A program made the position numbers and the translations under genes. This document shows, piece after piece, positions 1-9,713 of a stretch of DNA of 64,000 nt. Numbering within the stretch: position 1 is the first letter of the stretch; every line of letters begins with the position of its first letter. This DNA comes from Promethearchaeota archaeon. GTDB taxonomy: Archaea > Asgardarchaeota > Lokiarchaeia > Sigyniarchaeales > SOKP01. The notes beneath the pieces are model-generated. The model ran no database searches. It was given only the letters and a program-made list of their open reading frames with translations, and was not told the DNA's origin. Location of the stretch: NCBI GenBank assembly GCA_048940925.1, contig JBHLOC010000004.1, positions 96,554 through 160,553 on the forward strand. Direction: 5' to 3'.

Positions 1-119
1 TTGAATACATTATCTTTATTCTGTCGATTATCGATAATACTGTATTTGCTAATGGGCGATACCGCGAAAAAAATCCCTATAATTAATATAATTATTTTCA
101 TTTTGCGTTTATTTTTCAT
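1..119 (-). CDS. N-terminus of a secreted/membrane protein (runs off window edge)
   Basis: Manual translation from ATG at 119: MKNKRKMKIIILIIGIFFAVSPISKYSIIDNRQNKDNVF, a basic + hydrophobic signal-peptide pattern; open to the edge. Confidence 0.6.
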   Translation of the reverse strand, partial: MKNKRKMKIIILIIGIFFAVSPISKYSIIDNRQNKDNVF

Positions 120-272
120 TAAATTTCACTTGAAAATCATTGGATTATATAAAAAATTGACAAAAAAGTATTTAACACTTTTGAATCACTATTAATTCTG
201 AGATTCAATTTTCACAAAATTAATTGATTCTTGGAAAAAAAATACTTAAAAAAGAAAGATTTGAAATAGTAA

Positions 273-371
273 TTAAATAACTTCACTTACTCGTTTTCTT
301 TTACGCGATAGGAAAATTGCGATTACTGCTACTGCTATTCCATTTACAGTAGATATGATTGCTATTTTAGT
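273..371 (-). pseudogene. Orphan C-terminal membrane-anchor remnant
   Basis: TKIAIISTVNGIAVAVIAIFLSRKRKRVSEVI* (TM helix + basic tail), no start codon, in frame directly after the adh stop. Confidence 0.45.
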
Positions 372-1397
372 TTATTTCGCGACATTAATAACAGCTCTTC
401 CCGCAAATTTACCTTTGCTCATTTCTTCAAATACTTCACTAATTTCTGAAAGATCAGCAGTTCTGCCGACATGAGTTTTAACCTTGCCTTCTACTGCTAG
501 TTCAACTAGTTCTCTCATATCTTCAACTGTACCTGTTAAGGATCCGGTTATGTGTAAATTTCTCATTATTACATCAAATGGGGTTAATGACATCGGTCCC
601 TCACTAAATGGGGGCAGACCTACTGCAATTAATGTTCCCCCCACTTTGAGTAAATTAATTCCAAGATTATAAGCTGAAATATTTGCAGCAAATACCATGC
701 ATGCCTGAACACCGCCTAACTTTTCTTGAACAAACTTCCTAACTTCATTAGCATCTATTGCATGATCAGCACCGAGTTGTTTAACGATCTCTAATTTTTC
801 AAGGCCTTTATCGACTCCAATGACTTTATAACCAAAGGCTTTTGCGATCTGTACAGCATAATGACCAAGTCCACCAGCAGCCCCAATGATGGCAATATTT
901 GCCCCAGGAGATATTTTAAGATTCTTAAGTTTTTTGATTGCCCTATACGCTGTTAAACCCCCACATGCTAATGAAACTTCATTATCACTTAATTCATTTG
1001 GGATTTTTACCAGAGATTTAGCCCATACGGAAATGTATTCACTAAATATCCCGAACAAGGGTTTTCTTTCAGGACAATACATAGATTCTCCAGAAGTACA
1101 ATACTCACAGGTTCCACACCAGTATCCCCCTGTTCCACCAAGACCCAATATAACTCGATCACCTACTTTTATATCAGATTCCACGTCAGGGCCCAATTCC
1201 TCGACTATACCAATTCCTTCATGCCCTAGAGGCCGTGGAGTTGGTAATTCCATCCATTCTGCCATTACAACATGTAAATCTGTGTGGCAAACACCTGCAG
1301 TTGTAATTTTTACTAGGGCTTCTTCACGTTCGGGAGAGGGTTTAGGAACATCTATGATACTTACTTTACCAATTTCTTGAAGTATTGCGGCTCGCAT
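372..1397 (-). CDS. Zn-dependent alcohol dehydrogenase (MDR family, AdhP-like)
   Basis: GVCHTD, GHEG, CGTCEYC...C structural Zn site, GAAGGLG NAD-binding motif. Confidence 0.92.
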   Translation of the reverse strand: MRAAILQEIGKVSIIDVPKPSPEREEALVKITTAGVCHTDLHVVMAEWMELPTPRPLGHEGIGIVEELGPDVESDIKVGDRVILGLGGTGGYWCGTCEYCTSGESMYCPERKPLFGIFSEYISVWAKSLVKIPNELSDNEVSLACGGLTAYRAIKKLKNLKISPGANIAIIGAAGGLGHYAVQIAKAFGYKVIGVDKGLEKLEIVKQLGADHAIDANEVRKFVQEKLGGVQACMVFAANISAYNLGINLLKVGGTLIAVGLPPFSEGPMSLTPFDVIMRNLHITGSLTGTVEDMRELVELAVEGKVKTHVGRTADLSEISEVFEEMSKGKFAGRAVINVAK

Positions 1398-1511
1398 TTT
1401 ACTTATTTCATCTTTAAAGTTTTTTGTATTAAATATTTATTTATACTTTAGATTTTAAATAGCTTTGTTAAAATATTTCGAAAGTAATGCAGTTGTAATG
1501 GCATTAAAAAA

Positions 1512-1652
1512 TTATTTTGTAGTATCAATGCTTTCAATGATAAGTTTCTTTCTAAATATAACGATAACTATTTCTAAACGGGGAATTACAAAAATGAATC
1601 TCCCATAAAAACCAGAGGATATAAACATATCTTCAGGAGCGTTAGGACCCAT
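1512..1652 (-). pseudogene. C-terminal fragment of a beta-lactamase-family serine hydrolase
   Basis: MGPNAPEDMFISSGFYGRFIFVIPRLEIVIV matches the family C-terminal pattern P.D.F.A.G..GQ.I.VIP..D.V.V; no N-terminal SxxK region. Confidence 0.45.
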
Positions 1653-1722
1653 TCTCTCTGTATCATCTTTAAATGGTTAATCCCAATTCCTCAATTTCTA
1701 CCATAAGTTCTCTCAATGGATT

Positions 1723-2472
1723 TTACTTCTTTAAAATCTCTATTCTTTTTTCTTTTGGTAACTTTTCACTAGCATATCTGAGAATCAAGCGCGAGAATTT
1801 TTCCTTATTACTCATTAAATAATTAAAAATTGAACTGGGATCATAGTTTGAACATGTTTTTAGAAGCCAACCAATTGCTTTTTCAATGTAATTTTTATTT
1901 ATAAATTTAAGCATGTCTTCTACCTTTTGGAACACATAATGTTCATTAAATTCTTTATGGACCATAATAATTTTCAGAAGAATTACCATAGAAGCTCGTT
2001 TTATCCATAGTGATTTATTATGAGCCCATTTATCAATAGTGATTTTTGCTAATTGTTCATTATCTTTTTTTGCGAGGAATGGCCCTAATACTCTGATACA
2101 ACAACTATCACATGTACTCCAAGTATGACAATAAGGGAAATATTCAATTTTAAAAAATTGGGGGATGTGATTAGTAAAGAGTTTTTTATATCTATTAAGA
2201 AAGAAAAATGACGCGAATTTGTATTCTTCTACTTGAATTCTAGCTAAATTCTTAAAAATTTCCTTTGCATCACCAAATAAAGGTTGATATTTATTGTGAA
2301 TGTTCCTTACGATTTTTTCTATTTCAGCAGTTCTTATACCTAAAATAACATAATCTTCAATATCTGGATTTATAATTTTATACATTCTATTCCTTTGATC
2401 TTCAGATAATATAGGTTTTTGTTTATCTATTGATGTTTTAAAATCTAAAATGATATTATTGATTTCTTGCAT
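1723..2472 (-). CDS. DNA alkylation repair protein (AlkD-like HEAT-repeat glycosylase family)
   Basis: TWSTCD, W..R.S and YIEKAIGWLLK motifs. Confidence 0.85.
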   Translation of the reverse strand: MQEINNIILDFKTSIDKQKPILSEDQRNRMYKIINPDIEDYVILGIRTAEIEKIVRNIHNKYQPLFGDAKEIFKNLARIQVEEYKFASFFFLNRYKKLFTNHIPQFFKIEYFPYCHTWSTCDSCCIRVLGPFLAKKDNEQLAKITIDKWAHNKSLWIKRASMVILLKIIMVHKEFNEHYVFQKVEDMLKFINKNYIEKAIGWLLKTCSNYDPSSIFNYLMSNKEKFSRLILRYASEKLPKEKRIEILKK

Positions 2473-2513
2473 TTTATTTAAATCTAATTTGAATGTTTTT
2501 TTTTTATAAAATT

Positions 2514-3647
2514 CTACAAAAACTTATCTAAATTTGTTTTTTCATCTATTCTTTCTACATATGGTTTAATAATATCAATTTCTTTTTTATAAAAGCCTTC
2601 TAATTGGTTAAGTTTATCATTTTTATATATATTATGCACTGACTCTTTCAGATTATTCAACTTTAAACCAGCCCATTTCATAGTTGTATTAGATTTCCCT
2701 GTTTTTACGAGATCAAGGTATTCTTTATTCAAAAGAAGTTCAGATATTTTATAATTCCATTTTCTATAGTCTTTTGGAATCCATCTTTTGATACGGATAG
2801 GCAAATTGTTTTTTTGAGATAATTTGAATAATTTCGAATGCATCTTTTGGACATAATCAGCAGGAGGATGTATTTGACCTTTGTATAAGTTTAAAAGTGG
2901 TTTAACAACATGCTGATATTTACTATTTTTTAGTTTTTTAATGAAATATTCAGCTTGTAAGTCTCTTAGAGTCAACCCTGGACTGATTAAAATAAAATCT
3001 GCTCCTGCTTCTTTTGTTTTTTTGATAACATCTTTTAGATTTTTTTCATTATCTTCTAAAAAGGGAATAATTGGAATAAAATAAGTACCCACCTGGATTT
3101 GAGGTGCTTTATTTTTTATAATTTTTAATGCTTCAAGTCGCTCCGCAGGTGAAGACGAATAAGGTTCTAAAAATTTTGCTAATTCTTCATTTGTAGTAGA
3201 GATAGAGAAACCTATAGTACACCAAGTATCATCTGCAATTTTTTTAAGAATATCACCATCTCGAGTAATTAATTTAGACTTAGTAGCGACATTAATTGGA
3301 GACTTATGTTTTGCTATAACTTGCAAGACTTTTCTTGTTTGTTCAACTTTACTTTCAATTGGTTGATATGCATCATTTACACCACCGGGAGCTATTACAT
3401 CTGGTAATAGTGTCCGAGCTCTTTTAAGTCTGAGATCTAATTTTTTATCAAAATCAGTTTTGATAATGATTTCATTTTCAAAATCTTCTAAATAATAACG
3501 TTGACTTCGGGCATCACAATATATACATGCATGGGCACATCCAGAATATGCATTTAAGGTGTAACGTGCCCAAAACCAGGAATCTGGATATTTTAATTTG
3601 TTTATTACACTTTTAAATTCTTTATAAATATATTTAACCATATTCAT
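2514..3647 (-). CDS. Radical SAM protein, SplB/Rv2578c-like (DNA repair-associated)
   Basis: LNAYSGCAHACIYCDAR (CxxxCxxC), DAYQPIE, TKS motifs; adjacent to the AlkD-like gene. Confidence 0.85.
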   Translation of the reverse strand: MNMVKYIYKEFKSVINKLKYPDSWFWARYTLNAYSGCAHACIYCDARSQRYYLEDFENEIIIKTDFDKKLDLRLKRARTLLPDVIAPGGVNDAYQPIESKVEQTRKVLQVIAKHKSPINVATKSKLITRDGDILKKIADDTWCTIGFSISTTNEELAKFLEPYSSSPAERLEALKIIKNKAPQIQVGTYFIPIIPFLEDNEKNLKDVIKKTKEAGADFILISPGLTLRDLQAEYFIKKLKNSKYQHVVKPLLNLYKGQIHPPADYVQKMHSKLFKLSQKNNLPIRIKRWIPKDYRKWNYKISELLLNKEYLDLVKTGKSNTTMKWAGLKLNNLKESVHNIYKNDKLNQLEGFYKKEIDIIKPYVERIDEKTNLDKFL

Positions 3648-3726
3648 GAGAATTGAATTTGTAAGCTCAATAATTATGATAAAAATAAAAGATTATTGAA
3701 ATAGCGTACAAAAAGATGAAAAGGAT

Positions 3727-3807
3727 GAAAAAACGCCATTTTTAATAAATAATAAAGTGATCTAATATTCAATATGGAAATGGAAAATATTCGTATGGCG
3801 TTTTTTC
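3727..3807. repeat. 81-bp element with perfect 13-bp terminal inverted repeats (MITE-like)
   Basis: GAAAAAACGCCAT (3727-3739) / ATGGCGTTTTTTC (3795-3807), flanked on both sides by GAT. Confidence 0.5.
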
Positions 3808-3915
3808 GATATTAATACACAAGTTTGTAAATTTAACTTTATGCTTTTTGAATTATAAACAGTCTATTTCTTTATTAAAAAAGCATATAATATTTAATAA
3901 AAATTAGAAAATGAA

Positions 3916-3987
3916 TGCGTCGCCCGGGAATCGAACCCGGGTTACCGGCTTGGAAGGCCGGAATCCTGACCCCTAGACTAGCGACGC
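3916..3987 (-). tRNA. tRNA-Gly(TCC), intronless, CCA not encoded
   Basis: GCGTCGC acceptor stem, anticodon arm CCGGC-CT-TCC-AA-GCCGG, T-arm CCGGG-TTCGATT-CCCGG. Confidence 0.97.
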
Positions 3988-4029
3988 TTATAAATAAAAA
4001 AAGCATCATTTCATTTAACTTTAGCGATT

Positions 4030-4704
4030 TTATTGAATTTTATAATTTAATTCATAAAGAGTTATTATTTTATTAACAGCTACCCACGCATCTAAGGGGA
4101 ATTTTGAAAGTGAGATAATATTTTTAGAGAGTTTAAAGATATCGTCTGAAAAGTGACCTTTTTGGAATCCACCTATAATAACTATGAGATTTTCTGAAAG
4201 ATTTTTCAAAAATAATTCTTGATAATTTAGCACTAATTTACCTTTACTTGAAAATAAAAAGATTTCTGGCGTTTTAAATGTATGAATTAGATCCTTTATA
4301 GTTCCATTGAAATGAGATATTAATTCTGTATTAATGATAGTTATATTTTCGTCAATCAGTAATTTTCCCATTAATCCTTTAAATCGATTATAATTTCTTG
4401 CAATTCTAATTTTCGGATCAAATTTGAAAATTTTATTATTTACTGTATGAATGTATAATTTTAAATTCCCAGTTTTATTTAGAGGAGAACCTAAAGCATT
4501 TAGTAAGCATAAATGAACTATATCTGGACGACCCCTTTTTTCTAAATTTTTTAAATTTTTCATAGCAGTATGATGTAGTGCATTGTCTAAAAGTTGGGAA
4601 GAGAAAATACGTGAAGAGAGATTTCTTTTAATAGCAGGATGATTTCTAATCTCTTTAGGTATTAATTCTATTCCACATTCTACAAGAATAATAATCAATG
4701 GCAT
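4030..4704 (-). CDS. nep1: rRNA small subunit pseudouridine methyltransferase Nep1/Emg1
   Basis: GRPDIVHLCLL, RIARNYNRFKGLM, IGGFQKG SPOUT motifs. Confidence 0.92.
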   Translation of the reverse strand: MPLIIILVECGIELIPKEIRNHPAIKRNLSSRIFSSQLLDNALHHTAMKNLKNLEKRGRPDIVHLCLLNALGSPLNKTGNLKLYIHTVNNKIFKFDPKIRIARNYNRFKGLMGKLLIDENITIINTELISHFNGTIKDLIHTFKTPEIFLFSSKGKLVLNYQELFLKNLSENLIVIIGGFQKGHFSDDIFKLSKNIISLSKFPLDAWVAVNKIITLYELNYKIQ

Positions 4705-4733
4705 GTAGAAATTTAATCTCTTTTTTATTTATT

Positions 4734-5081
4734 TTAATTTTTTTGCATATTTTTTAATTTAATAAAGTATCGAGTTGTTTTATTACAATCGAAACAAGTT
4801 AAAGAAACATGAGAGCCTTTTCCTTTATGAGAATGCATTCTGACTCTACAATTCAATCCGGGGTATAAGAAATTTTTACATTTATTGCATATGTGTTTTT
4901 TCCACTCAGCAGGGATTTTAATTTTTGCTCTTTGTGCATAACGTCTAGCTAAATAAACATATTTATTTGCTAATTCCTTTTTCTCAGGAAATATTTCATG
5001 AGCTCTTTGGAATAAATATAACATACGATTGTTTGCTATACTTTTTATAATATATTTAGATTTTGGGTTTCTTTTCGGCAT
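4734..5081 (-). CDS. rnp4: RNase P protein component 4 (Rpp21)
   Basis: IA..RM..LF, YV.LAR, CNKC...PG...CFDC Zn ribbon; conserved synteny. Confidence 0.92.
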   Translation of the reverse strand: MPKRNPKSKYIIKSIANNRMLYLFQRAHEIFPEKKELANKYVYLARRYAQRAKIKIPAEWKKHICNKCKNFLYPGLNCRVRMHSHKGKGSHVSLTCFDCNKTTRYFIKLKNMQKN

Positions 5082-5107
5082 TTAGTAACTCAATAGGTCG
5101 AAATGAC

Positions 5108-5404
5108 TTAATTTAATTTTCTAATCTGTTCTAAAGAGAGAATAAATATTTTTCCTCTAACATCTACCAAATAGGATTGAGTTAATTGAGAAGTTTGGTT
5201 TGCCAATTCTTTTATATTTGATTTTGTTGCTATTGACTTTAATGCTTTGATTTTAATAATTTTATATCTTTTTAATAAATTAGTTACATGAGTGAGAAAG
5301 TCATCAGTAATTCCTTTCTTACCTAAAATGCAATGTGGTGGTGATAATGCCACTTTTTTAAATTCTTTTTGATAATCCATCGTCCTAGAACTCATAAAAT
5401 ACAA
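5108..5404 (-). CDS. YhbY/CRM-domain RNA-binding protein
   Basis: ILGKKGIT, IIKIK, VDVRGKIFIL (GxxG-like). Confidence 0.85.
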   Translation of the reverse strand: MYFMSSRTMDYQKEFKKVALSPPHCILGKKGITDDFLTHVTNLLKRYKIIKIKALKSIATKSNIKELANQTSQLTQSYLVDVRGKIFILSLEQIRKLN

Positions 5405-5485
5405 AAATTTTTAATTTATTCTAACTTTTAAAACGTATCAAATATAATAAAGAATGATTGAATTAAAGATTAATATCTTAGAAAA

Positions 5486-5911
5486 ATGTCAATATATGTC
5501 GTCCAACCACAAAAACTAATAAAAGAAATAGCAGAGAAATTAAAAGAGTTTCCTGAAATTAACCCTCCTAAAGGTTCTGAATTTTGGAAGACAGCTTTTT
5601 TTAAAGAATTAGCTCCTACTGATTCAGAGAATTTTTGGTATATTCGATGTGCCTCATTACTTAGAAAGATTAAAAAATTTCAACCTATTGGAGTAAACAA
5701 ACTCAGAAAACACTATGGGGGAAAAAATAGAAAAGGAAGTGGACTGAAGCATTCTGCAAAAGGAAGTGGAAAAATAATACGCCTTGCTCTGCAGCAGTTA
5801 GAAAAAGCAAATTTGATCGAAAATAAGGAAAAACTGGGAAGAGTTCTATCACCTGAAGGCATAAGTTTGTTAGAAAGGACGGCATATTCAATTTTAAGGA
5901 ATAAAAGTTAA
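5486..5911 (+). CDS. rps19e: 30S ribosomal protein S19e
   Basis: KELAP...FWYIRCASLLRK, YGG, GSGKIIRLALQQLE. Confidence 0.96.
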   Translation: MSIYVVQPQKLIKEIAEKLKEFPEINPPKGSEFWKTAFFKELAPTDSENFWYIRCASLLRKIKKFQPIGVNKLRKHYGGKNRKGSGLKHSAKGSGKIIRLALQQLEKANLIENKEKLGRVLSPEGISLLERTAYSILRNKS

Positions 5912-5945
5912 ATTTCGTAATATTCATGATTCTTAGTGAACCCCA

Positions 5946-6287
5946 ATGAGTGATAATGAAGAATTAGAAAATATCAGAAAAAAAAAATTAGAAGAACTAA
6001 AACACCAAGCAATTCAACAACAAATAGCTGAAGCTCAGCAACAGGAATTTGAAATAAAGAAATATCAGATTATGAGAAAGATATTAAGCCAAGAAGGACG
6101 GCAGAGATTAGAAAATATTCGAATGATTAAACCACAATTTGCTGAACAGATAGAACTACAACTGATCCAACTTTTTCAATCAGGAAGGTTAAGTGGTTCT
6201 ATTCCATTGTCAGATAAGGCATTTAAAAAACTGCTTGAGCAAATATCCTCTATGGGAAGAAAAAAAGAGTATAAAATAAAAAAATAA
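5946..6287 (+). CDS. PDCD5-family DNA-binding protein
   Basis: ILSQEGRQRLENIRMIKP, IELQLIQL; standard position after rps19e. Confidence 0.92.
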   Translation: MSDNEELENIRKKKLEELKHQAIQQQIAEAQQQEFEIKKYQIMRKILSQEGRQRLENIRMIKPQFAEQIELQLIQLFQSGRLSGSIPLSDKAFKKLLEQISSMGRKKEYKIKK

Positions 6288-6298
6288 GAGAAAAAAAA

Positions 6299-6460
6299 AT
6301 GGCTCGTAATAAAGATTTGCCCTCTAAATTAAGAAGAGCAAAATGTAAGAAAAAAAGTCAATCGATACCGAGTTGGGTGACCATGAGGACAGGCGGAAAG
6401 CTTAGAACTAGTCCAAATACTCAAAGATCATGGAGGAATACAAGGTTAAAAAGAGATTAA
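6299..6460 (+). CDS. rpl39e: 50S ribosomal protein L39e (not in ORF track)
   Basis: MARNKDLPSKLRRAKCKKKSQSIPSWVTMRTGGKLRTSPNTQRSWRNTRLKRD; synteny before rpl31e. Confidence 0.93.
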   Translation: MARNKDLPSKLRRAKCKKKSQSIPSWVTMRTGGKLRTSPNTQRSWRNTRLKRD

Positions 6461-6495
6461 AGATAAGTTATAAATTTGAGTTATATTGAGTAAAG

Positions 6496-6942
6496 ATGGC
6501 AAAGAAAGAAAAGGAAATTGATTTAGATGATTTAGAAGAAGAACTGCAAGAATCCGAACCTGAAGAAGAAATAGAGGAAATTGAAGAATTTAGTTTAGAT
6601 GAGATTACTGAAGAGGAAGAAATTAGTGAAGTTTTTGAAGAAGAAGCTGAATTATTGGAAGAAGTAGAAGAAGAAGAGGTTCCTAAAGAAGAAATAATTG
6701 ATGAAAGAATATATATAATCCCTCTTGCTAAAGCTAGAAAAGGTCCAAGAAATAAATGGGCTAAAAAATCAATTAGATACCTTCGAGAATTTATAACACG
6801 TCACTTTAAACCAGAATCCTTGGTTATATCTCAAGAAGTTAATGAACGAGTCTGGCAACAAGGAATTCAAAAACCTCCACGAAAGTTAAAAGTGAGAGTC
6901 ACTAAGAATATTGATGGACTATGTGTGGTATATTTAGCTTAG
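6496..6942 (+). CDS. rpl31e: 50S ribosomal protein L31e with acidic N-terminal extension
   Basis: ERIYIIPL, FITRHFK, VNERVWQQGIQKPPRKLKVRV. Confidence 0.95.
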   Translation: MAKKEKEIDLDDLEEELQESEPEEEIEEIEEFSLDEITEEEEISEVFEEEAELLEEVEEEEVPKEEIIDERIYIIPLAKARKGPRNKWAKKSIRYLREFITRHFKPESLVISQEVNERVWQQGIQKPPRKLKVRVTKNIDGLCVVYLA

Positions 6943-6951
6943 GAACTGAAA

Positions 6952-7632
6952 ATGGCAATTTTAAGAACTCAAATCTTTGGTAAAAGTCTAATTGGGGTTT
7001 ATTTAACTGCTAATAATTCATATATTCTTTATCCTCCCACATTACTTATACAACAGTTAAAAAAATTTAAGACTATTTTTCAGGAATCTTTTTATCCTCT
7101 TACGATTAACGATTCCATTTTATTGGGTGTGTATACGGCATCAAATAAGTACGGTATAATTGTCCCACACATTATTAAAGATGATGAATTAAATAAATTA
7201 AAAGAAATTTTAAAAGAGGAAGATGATTCATCGCAAATTGCTATACTTAAATCTATCGATAATGCTTTTGGGAATTTAATACTCTGCAACGATAAAGGCG
7301 CAATTATTAGTTCATTTTTAGAAGATTATAAAAAACAAATCGAAGATGTCTTAAATGTAGAGACAATTGTTTATGAATTTGCTGATAATTATCTTCCAGG
7401 TTCAATTTCATTAGCTAATAATAATGGATGTTTAGTTCATCCATTTACTACTGATGAGGAGATTGAATATATTTGTTCAATTTTAAAAGTTAAAGAGGTT
7501 GATGTCTCAACAATAAATCGCGGGATACCGTATCTAAGTTCAGGAGCAATTGTTAATGATAAAAACGGAATATTTGGTAGTGATTCAACCGGTCCTGAGC
7601 TTATGAGACTTACTTCCATTCTTGATTTATAA
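6952..7632 (+). CDS. eif6: Translation initiation factor 6 (aIF6)
   Basis: IGVY..AN, AFGNLILCND, TINRG..YLSSG.IVND, TGPEL pentein repeats. Confidence 0.95.
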   Translation: MAILRTQIFGKSLIGVYLTANNSYILYPPTLLIQQLKKFKTIFQESFYPLTINDSILLGVYTASNKYGIIVPHIIKDDELNKLKEILKEEDDSSQIAILKSIDNAFGNLILCNDKGAIISSFLEDYKKQIEDVLNVETIVYEFADNYLPGSISLANNNGCLVHPFTTDEEIEYICSILKVKEVDVSTINRGIPYLSSGAIVNDKNGIFGSDSTGPELMRLTSILDL

Positions 7633-7732
7633 AACGATTGACTTATTTTAGCAAGAGATAAAAAGAAAAATTTATTATTTTTAAAAGTATTATCTTTTTC
7701 TATAAACTGCGATACAAAGATTTATATTAGCC

Positions 7733-7960
7733 ATGTCAGAGATAAAAATATATAGAATTATTGGGAGTTACAAAAAGAATTATAAGAAATATTTATTCCG
7801 CAAAGAAGTGCGTGCTTTAAGAGAAGAAGATGCTATTGAAAAGGTGTTATCTCAAATTACATCGATAGGTATTTATAGACGCCAGATTGCAATAGAAGAA
7901 ATTAAAGAAATTACTTTAGATGAATCTCAAGATTATCTTATAAGAGAATTATCAGAATAA
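7733..7960 (+). CDS. rplX: 50S ribosomal protein L18Ae/LX
   Basis: IYRIIG...FRKEVRAL...AIEKV.S...RRQI.IEEI; synteny. Confidence 0.9.
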   Translation: MSEIKIYRIIGSYKKNYKKYLFRKEVRALREEDAIEKVLSQITSIGIYRRQIAIEEIKEITLDESQDYLIRELSE

Positions 7961-7972
7961 ATAATTATTTAA

Positions 7973-8404
7973 ATGGATTTGATAAAAGTGGAGTCTTCTA
8001 AAAATTATCAAGAACAATTATTAAGATTCAGATATTTAAAAGAACAACGAGACATGTACCAAGGTCAGTTAGAGATTATTAATGCTTCTCTTGCGAATAT
8101 ATTAAATACTAAAAATACAATAGAAAATTTAAAGGAGGGAGTAAAAGATGGAGATGAGATACTGGTCCCAATCGGTGGATTAGCCAGCATCAAAGCTTCT
8201 ATTAAAGATCCCACAAATATTCTGCTTTCTGTAACTCAAGATGTTGTAATTGAAAAAGATTTAAATGGTAGTATTGAATTTCTTGATAAATTAATTGAAC
8301 AACATAATAAGCAGGTCCAATTCTTAAGAACTCAATTACAAAATTTAGATATAAATTTACAAGAGACTTCGAATCTTATTCAAAGGGACATTGGTCAAAG
8401 GTAA
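7973..8404 (+). CDS. pfdA: Prefoldin alpha subunit
   Basis: Coiled coils flanking EILVPIGG beta hairpins; synteny with ftsY. Confidence 0.92.
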   Translation: MDLIKVESSKNYQEQLLRFRYLKEQRDMYQGQLEIINASLANILNTKNTIENLKEGVKDGDEILVPIGGLASIKASIKDPTNILLSVTQDVVIEKDLNGSIEFLDKLIEQHNKQVQFLRTQLQNLDINLQETSNLIQRDIGQR

Positions 8405-8466
8405 ATCTTTTAATCTTGTTTATTGTTATAACCATCATATCATTTCTAATTCTTGTGAAAAAGTAA

Positions 8467-9366
8467 ATGCTTGAAAAATTAAGGAATGTTTTTTCGACTT
8501 TTGTTAAAAAAGGTTTAACCGAGGAAAAGTTGGAAAATTCTATTAACGAATTAAAGCTGTTACTCATTAGCAACGATGTTGCTATTGATACAGCTGATGA
8601 AATATGTAACCAAATTATCGACTTGTATAAAGGACAGCAAATTAGTAGATTAACCTCTACAAAGAATTTATTATTTGAGACTTTAAGACAGGTTATTTCA
8701 AATATATTAACTCCTGATAAAGAAATAAACCTATTAGAAGAAATACATAAAAAAGTATCTCAAAATTCACCATATATTATCGTTTTTCTCGGTGTAAATG
8801 GAACAGGTAAAACAACCACAATGGCAAAGATTGCACATTATTTAAAGAAAAATCAATTATCAATTGTAGCTGCAGCTGCAGACACATTTCGAGCTGCAGC
8901 TATAGAGCAATTGACATATCACATGAATAATGTTGGAATAAAAACTATTAAGCATGAATATAAGTCCGATCCAGCCTCTGTCGCCTATGATGCTATTGAA
9001 CATGCTAAAGCTAAAAAGATAGATGTTGTCTTAATAGACACCGCTGGTCGTCAAGTATCAGATAAAAATCTAATGAAAGAAATACAAAAAATTTGCAGAA
9101 TTACTCAACCTGATTTAGTTTTGTTTATAGGAGACAGTTTAGCAGGAAATGATGCATTATATCAAGCAAGAGAATTTAACAAGCATGTTGGAATTGATGC
9201 TAATATACTAACTAAACTTGATGCCGATGCAAAAGGTGGTGCTGCGTTATCAATCTCCTATGAAACTAAAAAGCCAATTCTATTTGTAGGAATAGGACAG
9301 TCATATCAAGACCTTGAAACCTTCGATAGAGATTTATTTATATCAAATATACTTGATATTTTTTAA
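8467..9366 (+). CDS. ftsY: SRP receptor FtsY
   Basis: GVNGTGKTT, DTFRAAA, DTAGR, TKLD, GIGQ motifs. Confidence 0.96.
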   Translation: MLEKLRNVFSTFVKKGLTEEKLENSINELKLLLISNDVAIDTADEICNQIIDLYKGQQISRLTSTKNLLFETLRQVISNILTPDKEINLLEEIHKKVSQNSPYIIVFLGVNGTGKTTTMAKIAHYLKKNQLSIVAAAADTFRAAAIEQLTYHMNNVGIKTIKHEYKSDPASVAYDAIEHAKAKKIDVVLIDTAGRQVSDKNLMKEIQKICRITQPDLVLFIGDSLAGNDALYQAREFNKHVGIDANILTKLDADAKGGAALSISYETKKPILFVGIGQSYQDLETFDRDLFISNILDIF

Positions 9367-9428
9367 TTTTAATTTTGACGATCGGGTATAACGATAATTT
9401 AAAAAAAGTCCCTTAATTTTAAATAATT

Positions 9429-9665
9429 GTGTCCTACCCAAAATATGAAAAATATCAAAAAAAGGGAAGAAGTAAGAAATTAACACTTTATGAAAGATTA
9501 AGTTTATTTTACCAGAATTCAAAAAGAATTCTAAAAATTGCGAATAAGCCCGATAAAAAAGAATACTTTTTAGTTTTTAAGATCTGTGGAATTGGAATCT
9601 TACTTTTAGGTGCTCTTTCTTATGTAATACAACTTATCTTTTCTGTTATTAAATTGGCTGGTTAA
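9429..9665 (+). CDS. secE: Protein translocase SecE/Sec61 gamma
   Basis: RILKIANKPDKKEY followed by a C-terminal TM helix. Confidence 0.9.
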   Translation: MSYPKYEKYQKKGRSKKLTLYERLSLFYQNSKRILKIANKPDKKEYFLVFKICGIGILLLGALSYVIQLIFSVIKLAG

Positions 9666-9713
9666 CATTAGCTAATATTAATTATTAAGTACAACAATAG
9701 AGAGTATTCAAAC

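Noticed and set aside
1-195. ORF-track + strand 64-aa ORF
   Set aside because: Shadow of the minus-strand signal-peptide gene starting at 119
1-3915. tRNA-anchored integrated element
   Set aside because: Accessory-looking genes lie downstream of tRNA-Gly, but no integrase or duplicated tRNA 3' end is visible in the window
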